Source: Eledone cirrhosa (Eukaryota). Taken from it: a stretch of DNA of 64,000 nt. The DNA lies in contig OZ024741.1 in the NCBI GenBank assembly GCA_964016885.1, positions 207,638,001 to 207,702,000 on the forward strand, given 5' to 3'. Position 1 is the stretch's first letter. The number at the start of each line of letters is the position of its first letter. The translations under genes and the position numbers were made by a program. Below, one piece after another: positions 55,201-64,000 of this stretch. The notes under the pieces are model-generated. The model saw only the letters and a list, made by a program, of their open reading frames with translations, did not search any database and was not told where the DNA came from.

Positions 55201-58200
55201 CATATATGTATTGCTATTTCAGAGCTCCAATTCTAATTTTTAATTTCTGCCTGACCAACAACCGCTCTGCATAATCAGCTCCTGATTATTTCCTAGATTT
55301 CTATAAGAATATAACATCATTGATCTCAGTAGACAGGCGGGGTAGTTGGCCTTGATAAGCTTCAACAAAAGCGAAACATGTCATGTCGGCTTATCTCCCT
55401 TGTTTGCTGAGATCAAAGTGAGTGAATGTGTCACTACTTTAAAACAATAGCTTACGGTCTTCAAAATGCTTTTAATTAAGCATAAGTGTATTGCAAAATA
55501 CATCCATATATATATTGCTATTTCAGAGCTCCAATTCTAATTTTTAATTTCTGCCTGACCAACAACCGCTCTGCATAATCAGCTCCTGATTATTTACTAG
55601 ATTTCTATAAGAATATAACATCATTGATCTCAGTAGATAGGCGGGGTAGTTGGCCTTGATAAGCTTCAACAAAAGCGAAACATGTCATGTCGGCTTATCT
55701 CCCCTGTTTGCTGAGATCAAAGTGAGTGAATTTGTCACTACTTTAAAACAATAGCTTACGGTCTTCAAAATGCTTTTAATTAAGCATAAAGTGTATTGCA
55801 AAATACATTATATATACATCCATATATGTATTGCTATTTCAGAGCTCCAATTCTAATTTTTAATTTCTGCCTGACCAACAACCGCTCTGCATAATCAGCT
55901 CCTGATTATTTACTAGATTTCTATAAGAATATAACATCATTGATCTCAGTAGACAGGCGGGGTAGGTGGCCTTGATAAGCTTCAACAAAAGCGAAACATG
56001 TCATGTCGGCTTATCTCCCCTGTTTGCTGAGATCAAAGTGAGTGAATTTGTCACTAATTTAAAACAATAGCTTACGGTCTTCAAAATGCTTTTAATTAAG
56101 CATAAGTGTATTGCAAAATACATCCATATATATATTGCTATTTCAGAGCTCCAATTCTAATTTTTAATTTCTGCCTGACCAACAACCGCTCTGCATAATC
56201 AGCTCCTGATTATTTACTAGATTTCTATAAGAATATAACATCATTGATCTCAGTAGACAGGCGGGGTAGTTGGCCTTGATAAGCTTCAACAAAAGCGAAA
56301 CATGTCATGTCGGCTTATCTCCCCTGTTTGCTGAGATCAAAGTGAGTGAATTTGTCACTACTTTAAAACAATAGCTTACGGTCTTCAAAATGCTTTTAAT
56401 TAAGCATAAAGTGTATTGCAAAATACATTATATATACATCCATATATGTATTGCTATTTCAGAGCTCCAATTCTAATTTTTAATTTCTGCCTGACCAACA
56501 ACCGCTCTGCATAATCAGCTCCTGATTATTTACTAGATTTCTATAAGAATATAACATCATTGATCTCAGTAGACAGGCGGGGTAGTTGGCCTTGATAAGC
56601 TTGAACAAAAGCGAAACATGTCATGTCGGCTTATCTCCCCTGTTTGCTGAGATCAAAATGAGTGAATGTTTCACTACTTTAAAACAATAGCTTACGGTCT
56701 TCAAAATGCTTTTAATTCAGCATAAAGTGTATTGCAAAATACATTATATATACATCCATATATATATTGCTATTTCAGAGCTCCAATTCTAATTTTTAAT
56801 TTCTGCCTGACCAACAACCGCTCTGCATAATCAGCTCCTGATTATTTACTAGATTTCTATAAGAATATAACACCATTGATCTCAGTAGACAGGCGGGGTA
56901 GTTGGCCTTGATAAGCTTCAACAAAAGCGAAACATGTGATGTCGGCTTATCTCCCCTGTTTGCTGAGATCAAAGTGAGTGAATGTGTCACTACTTTAAAA
57001 CAATAGCTTACGGTCTTCAAAATGCTTTTAATTAAGCATAAGTGTATTGCAAAATACATCCATATATATATTGCTATTTCAGAGCTCCAATTCTAATTTT
57101 TAATTTCTGCCTGACCAACAACCGCTCTGCATAATCAGCTCCTGATTATTTACTAGATTTCTATAAGAATATAACATCATTGATCTCAGTAGACAGGCGG
57201 GGTAGTTGGCCTTGATAAGCTTGAACAAAAGCGAAACATGTCATGTCGGCTTATCTCCCCTGTTTGCTGAGATCAAAGTGAGTGAATTTGTCACTACTTT
57301 AAAACAATAGCTTACGGTCTTCAAAATGCTTTTAATTAAGCATAAAGTGTATTGCAAAATACATTATATATACATCCATATATGTATTGCTATTTCAGAG
57401 CTCCAATTCTAATTTTTAATTTCTGCCTGACCAACAACCGCTCTGCATAATCAGCTCCTGATTATTTACTAGATTTCTATAAGAATATAACACCATTGAT
57501 CTCAGTAGACAGGCGGAGTAGTTGGCCTTGATAAGCTTCAACAAAAGCGAAACATGTCATGTCGGCTTATCTCCCCTGTTTGCTGAGATCAAAGTAAGTG
57601 AATATGTCACTACTTTAAAACAATAGCTTACGGTCTTCAAAATGCTTTTAATTAAGCATAAGTGTATTGCAAAATACATCCATATATATATTGCTATTTC
57701 AGAGCTCCAATTCTAATTTTTAATTTCTGCCTGACCAACAACCGCTCTGCATAATCAGCTCCTGATTATTTACTAGATTTCTATAAGAATATAACATCAT
57801 TGATCTCAGTAGACAGGCGGGGTAGTTGGCCTTGATAAGCTTCAACAAAAGCGAAACATGTCTTGTCGGCTTATCTCCCCTGTTTGCTGAGATCAAAGTG
57901 AGCGAATTCGTCACTACTTTAAAACAATAGCTTACGGTCTTCAAAATGCTTTTAATTAAGCATAAAGTGTATTGCAAAATACATTATATATACATCCATA
58001 TATGTATTGCTATTTCAGAGCTCCAATTCTAATTTTTAATTTCTGCCTGACCAACAACCGCTCTGCATAATCAGCTCCTGATTATTTCCTAGATTTCTAT
58101 AAGAATATAACATCATTGATCTCAGTAGACAGGCGGGGTAGTTGGCCTTGATAAGCTTCAACAAAAGCGAAACATGTCATGTCGGCTTATCTCCCTTGTT

Positions 58201-58918
58201 TGCTGAGATCAAAGTGAGTGAATGTGTCACTACTTTAAAACAATAGCTTACGGTCTTCAAAATGCTTTTAATTAAGCATAAGTGTATTGCAAAATACATC
58301 CATATATATATTGCTATTTCAGAGCTCCAATTCTAATTTTTAATTTCTGCCTGACCAACAACCGCTCTGCATAATCAGCTCCTGATTATTTACTAGATTT
58401 CTATAAGAATATAACATCATTGATCTCAGTAGATAGGCGGGGTAGTTGGCCTTGATAAGCTTCAACAAAAGCGAAACATGTCATGTCGGCTTATCTCCCC
58501 TGTTTGCTGAGATCAAAGTGAGTGAATTTGTCACTACTTTAAAACAATAGCTTACGGTCTTCAAAATGCTTTTAATTAAGCATAAAGTGTATTGCAAAAT
58601 ACATTATATATACATCCATATATGTATTGCTATTTCAGAGCTCCAATTCTAATTTTTAATTTCTGCCTGACCAACAACCGCTCTGCATAATCAGCTCCTG
58701 ATTATTTACTAGATTTCTATAAGAATATAACATCATTGATCTCAGTAGACAGGCGGGGTAGGTGGCCTTGATAAGCTTCAACAAAAGCGAAACATGTCAT
58801 GTCGGCTTATCTCCCCTGTTTGCTGAGATCAAAGTGAGTGAATTTGTCACTACTTTAAAACAATAGCTTACGGTCTTCAAAATGCTTTTAATTAAGCATA
58901 ACGTGTATTGCAAAATAC

Positions 58919-59102
58919 GGTGAATTGGCAGTATCGGTAGAGGGTCGGACGCCATGCTTTGACGCATAGATATACGGCCCTTGCCATTCTGAGTTCAAAT
59001 CCCGCCGAGGTTAACTTTGCCTTTCATCCTTACGGGGGTCGATAAAATAAAGTACCAGTAATACACTGGGAAATTGCTGGCCTTGTGCCAAAAGTAGAAA
59101 CA
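58919..59102 (+). mobile_element. MetaSINE-like SINE inserted in a satellite monomer
   Basis: Interrupts caaaatac|attatatatac; no clear TSD. Confidence 0.92.
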
Positions 59103-62100
59103 ATTATATATACATCCATATATGTATTGCTATTTCAGAGCTCCAATTCTAATTTTTAATTTCTGCCTGACCAACAACCGCTCTGCATAATCAGCTCCTG
59201 ATTATTTACTAGATTTCTATAAGAATATAACATCATTGATCTCAGTGGACAGGCGGGGTAGTTGGCCTTGATAAGCTTCAACAAAAGCGAAACATGTTAT
59301 GTCGGCTTATCTCCCCTGTTTGCTGAGATCAAAGTGAGTGAATGTGTCACTACTTTAAAACAATAGCTTACGGTCTTCAAAATGCTTTTAATTAAGCATA
59401 AAGTGTATTGCAAAATACATTATATATACATCCATATATATATTGCTATTTCAGAGCTCCAATTCTAATTTTTAATTTCTGCCTGACCAACAACCGCTCT
59501 GCATAATCAGCTCCTGATTATTTACTAGATTTCTATAAGAATATAACACCATTGATCTCAGTAGACAGGCGGGGTAGTTGGCCTTGATAAGCTTCAACAA
59601 AAGCGAAACATGTCATGTCGGCTTATCTCCCCTGTTTGCTGAGATCAAAGTGAGTGAATGTGTCACTACTTTAAAACAATAGCTTACGGTCTTCAAAATG
59701 CTTTTAATTAAGCATAAGTGTATTGCAAAATACATCCATATATATATTGCTATTTCAGAGCTCCAATTCTAATTTTTAATTTCTGCCTGACCAACAACCG
59801 CTCTGCATAATCAGCTCCTGATTATTTACTAGATTTCTATAAGAATATAACACCATTGATCTCAGTAGACAGGCGGGGTAGTTGGCCTTGATAAGCTTCA
59901 ACAAAAGCGAAACATGTCATGTCGGCTTATCTCCCCTGTTTGCTGAGATCAAAGTGAGTGAATGTGTCACTACTTTAAAACAATAGCTTACGGTCTTCAA
60001 AATGCTTTTAATTAAGCATAAGTGTATTGCAAAATACATCCATATATATATTGCTATTTCAGAGCTCCAATTCTAATTTTTAATTTCTGCCTGACCAACA
60101 ACCGCTCTGCATAATCAGCTCCTGATTATTTACTAGATTTCTATAAGAATATAACATCATTGATCTCAGTAGACAGGCGGGGTAGTTGGCCTTGATAAGC
60201 TTCAACAAAAGCGAAACATGTCATGTCGGCTTATCTCCCCTGTTTGCTGAGATCAAAGTGAGTGAACGTGTCACTACTTTAAAACAATAGCTTACGGTCT
60301 TCAAAATGCTTTTAATTAAGCATAAAGTGTATTGCAAAATACATTATATATACATCCATATATATATTGCTATTTCAGAGCTCCAATTCTAATTTTTAAT
60401 TTCTGCCTGACCAACAACCGCTCTGCATAATCAGCTCCTGATTATTTACTAGATTTCTATAAGAATATAACACCATTGATCTCAGTAGACAGGCGGGGTA
60501 GTTGGCCTTGATAAGCTTCAACAAACGCGAAACATGTCATGTCGGCTTATCTCCCCTGTTTGCTGAGATCAAAGTGAGTGAATGTGTCACTACTTTAAAA
60601 CAATAGCTTACGGTCTTCAAAATGCTTTTAATTAAGCATAAGTGTATTGCAAAATACATCCATATATATATTGCTATTTCAGAGCTCCAATTCTAATTTT
60701 TAATTTCTGCCTGACCAACAACCGCTCTGCATAATCAGCTCCTGATTATTTACTAGATTTCTATAAGAATATAACATCATTGATCTCAGTAGACAGGCGG
60801 GGTAGTTGGCCTTGATAAGCTTCAACAAAAGCGAAACATGTCATGTCGGCTTATCTCCCCTGTTTGCTGAGATCAAAGTGAGTGAATGTGTCACTACTTT
60901 AAAACAATAGCTTACGGTCTTCAAAATGCTTTTAATTAAGCATAAAGTGTATTGCAAAATACATTATATATACATCCATATATATATTGCTATTTCAGAG
61001 CTCCAATTCTAATTTTTAATTTCTGCCTGACCAACAACCGCTCTGCATAATCAGCTCCTGATTATTTACTAGATTTCTATAAGAATATAACATCATTGAT
61101 CTCAGTAGACAGGCGGGGTAGTTGGCCTTGATAAGCTTCAACAAAGCGAAACATGTCATGTCGGCTTATCTCCCCTGTTTGCTGAGATCAAAGTAAGTGA
61201 ATTTGTCACTACTTTAAAACAATAGCTTACGGTCTTCAAAATGCTTTTAATTAAGCATAAAGTGTATTGCAAAATACATTATATATACATCCATATATGT
61301 ATTGCTATTTCAGAGCTCCAATTCTAATTTTTAATTTCTGCCTGACCAACAACCGCTCTGCATAATCAGCTCCTGGTTATTTTCTAGATTTCTATAAGAA
61401 TATAACACCATTGATCTCAGTAGACAGGCGGGGTAGTTAGCCTTGATAAGCTTCAACAAAAGCGAAACATGTGATGTCGGCTTATCTCCCCTGTTTGCTG
61501 AGATCAAAGTGAGTGAATGTGTCACTACTTTAAAACAATAGCTTACGGTCTTCAAAATGCTTTTAATTAAGCATAAGTGTATTGCAAAATACATCCATAT
61601 ATATATTGCTATTTCAGAGCTCCAATTCTAATTTTTAATTTCTGCCTGACCAACAACCGCTCTGCATAATCAGCTCCTGATTATTTACTAGATTTCTATA
61701 AGAATATAACATCATTGATCTCAGTAGACAGGCGGGGTAGTTGGCCTTGATAAGCTTCAACAAAAGCGAAACATGTCATGTCGGCTTATCTCCCCTGTTT
61801 GCTGAGATCAAAGTGAGTGAATTTGTCACTACTTTAAAACAATAGCTTACGGTCTTCAAAATGCTTTTAATTAAGCATAAAGTGTATTGCAAAATACATT
61901 ATATATACATCCATATATGTATTGCTATTTCAGAGCTCCAATTCTAATTTTTAATTTCTGCCTGACCAACAACCGCTCTGCATAATCAGCTCCTGATTAT
62001 TTACTAGATTTCTATAAGAATATAACATCATTGATCTCAGTAGACAGGCGGGGTAGTTGGCCTTGATAAGCTTGAACAAAAGCGAAACATGTCATGTCGG

Positions 62101-63769
62101 CTTATCTCCCCTGTTTGCTGAGATCAAAGTGAGTGAATTTGTCACTACTTTAAAACAATAGCTTACGGTCTTCAAAATGCTTTTAATTAAGCATAAAGTG
62201 TATTGCAAAATACATTATATATACATCCATATATGTATTGCTATTTCAGAGCTCCAATTCTAATTTTTAATTTCTGCCTGACCAACAACCGCTCTGCATA
62301 ATCAGCTCCTGATTATTTACTAGATTTCTATAAGAATATAACACCATTGATCTCAGTAGACAGGCGGAGTAGTTGGCCTTGATAAGCTTCAACAAAAGCG
62401 AAAAATGTCATGTCGGCTTATCTCCCCTGTTTGCTGAGATCAAAGTAAGTGAATATGTCACTACTTTAAAACAATAGCTTACGGTCTTCAAAATGCTTTT
62501 AATTAAGCATAAGTGTATTGCAAAATACATCCATATATATATTGCTATTTCAGAGCTCCAATTCTAATTTTTAATTTCTGCCTGACCAACAACCGCTCTG
62601 CATAATCAGCTCCTGATTATTTACTAGATTTCTATAAGAATATAACATCATTGATCTCAGTAGACAGGCGGGGTAGTTGGCCTTGATAAGCTTCAACAAA
62701 AGCGAAACATGTCATGTCGGCTTATCTCCCCTGTTTGCTGAGATCAAAGTGAGCGAATTTGTCACTACTTTAAAACAATAGCTTACGGTCTTCAAAATGC
62801 TTTTAATTAAGCATAAAGTGTATTGCAAAATACATTATATATACATCCATATATGTATTGCTATTTCAGAGCTCCAATTCTAATTTTTAATTTCTGCCTG
62901 ACCAACAACCGCTCTGCATAATCAGCTCCTGATTATTTCCTAGATTTCTATAAGAATATAACATCATTGATCTCAGTAGACAGGCGGGGTAGTTGGCCTT
63001 GATAAGCTTCAACAAAAGCGAAACATGTCATGTCGGCTTATCTCCCTTGTTTGCTGAGATCAAAGTGAGTGAATGTGTCACTACTTTAAAACAATAGCTT
63101 ACGGTCTTCAAAATGCTTTTAATTAAGCATAAGTGTATTGCAAAATACATCCATATATATATTGCTATTTCAGAGCTCCAATTCTAATTTTTAATTTCTG
63201 CCTGACCAACAACCGCTCTGCATAATCAGCTCCTGATTATTTACTAGATTTCTATAAGAATATAACATCATTGATCTCAGTAGATAGGCGGGGTAGTTGG
63301 CCTTGATAAGCTTCAACAAAAGCGAAACATGTCATGTCGGCTTATCTCCCCTGTTTGCTGAGATCAAAGTGAGTGAATTTGTCACTACTTTAAAACAATA
63401 GCTTACGGTCTTCAAAATGCTTTTAATTAAGCATAAAGTGTATTGCAAAATACATTATATATACATCCATATATGTATTGCTATTTCAGAGCTCCAATTC
63501 TAATTTTTAATTTCTGCCTGACCAACAACCGCTCTGCATAATCAGCTCCTGATTATTTACTAGATTTCTATAAGAATATAACATCATTGATCTCAGTAGA
63601 CAGGCGGGGTAGGTGGCCTTGATAAGCTTCAACAAAAGCGAAACATGTCATGTCGGCTTATCTCCCCTGTTTGCTGAGATCAAAGTGAGTGAATTTGTCA
63701 CTACTTTAAAACAATAGCTTACGGTCTTCAAAATGCTTTTAATTAAGCATAACGTGTATTGCAAAATAC

Positions 63770-63952
63770 GGTGAATTGGCAGTATCGGTAGAGGGTCGGA
63801 CGCCATGCTTGACGCATAGATATACGGCCCTTGCCATTCTGAGTTCAAATCCCGCCGAGGTTAACTTTGCCTTTCATCCTTACGGGGGTCGATAAAATAA
63901 AGTACCAGTAATACACTGGGAAATTGCTGGCCTTGTGCCAAAAGTAGAAACA
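63770..63952 (+). mobile_element. MetaSINE-like SINE at the identical monomer position (duplicate of 58919-59102)
   Basis: Near-identical sequence and the same preceding variant gcataacgtg. Confidence 0.92.
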
Positions 63953-64000
63953 ATTATATATACATCCATATATGTATTGCTATTTCAGAGCTCCAATTCT

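Larger units (their letters stand above)
48986..64000 (+). repeat. Tandem array of about 47 monomers (304/316 bp) carrying a type I hammerhead motif (non-LTR retrozyme-like satellite); runs off the window
   Basis: Highly homogeneous repeats; consensus monomer contains ggcc-TTGATAA-GCTT-caacaa-AAGC-GAAACAT-gtc-ATGTC-ggct. Confidence 0.95.

Noticed and set aside
48986-64000. CRISPR-like or tandem snRNA/5S/tRNA gene array
   Set aside because: No unique spacers, and no recognisable 5S, U snRNA, SL or tRNA sequence in the monomer.

Overview
Repeat-saturated, AT-rich animal genomic DNA with no host protein-coding gene that I can support. The tRNA-derived MetaSINE-like/CORE-like SINEs, dense (TA)n/(CA)n microsatellites and abundant Penelope-like elements (PLEs) suggest a mollusc, probably an octopus; this is inference. 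Bases 1-48,300 are a mosaic of decayed PLEs (RT plus GIY-YIG, several as head-to-head fold-back pairs), an R4/Dong-type RLE LINE, RTE and CRE fragments, a DD37D/maT transposon, other Tc1/pogo relics, a probable non-autonomous Helitron and SINEs. From about 48,320 to the window end lies a tandem array of about 49 monomers of 304/316 bp. The monomer consensus folds by hand into a complete type I hammerhead ribozyme (HHR) with the compensatory core U3-A8 (UUGAUAA instead of CUGANGA), so the satellite looks like an amplified non-LTR retrozyme. A diverged dispersed relative at about 41.0-41.5 kb has the canonical C3-G8 core and covaried stems, which gives in-window covariation support. About 15 further HHR motifs (canonical, U3-A8, U4C and U4A cores, some with long stem II insertions) lie in PLE pseudo-LTRs and short retrozyme-like units. 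All folds were done by eye, and no ribozyme activity has been shown.
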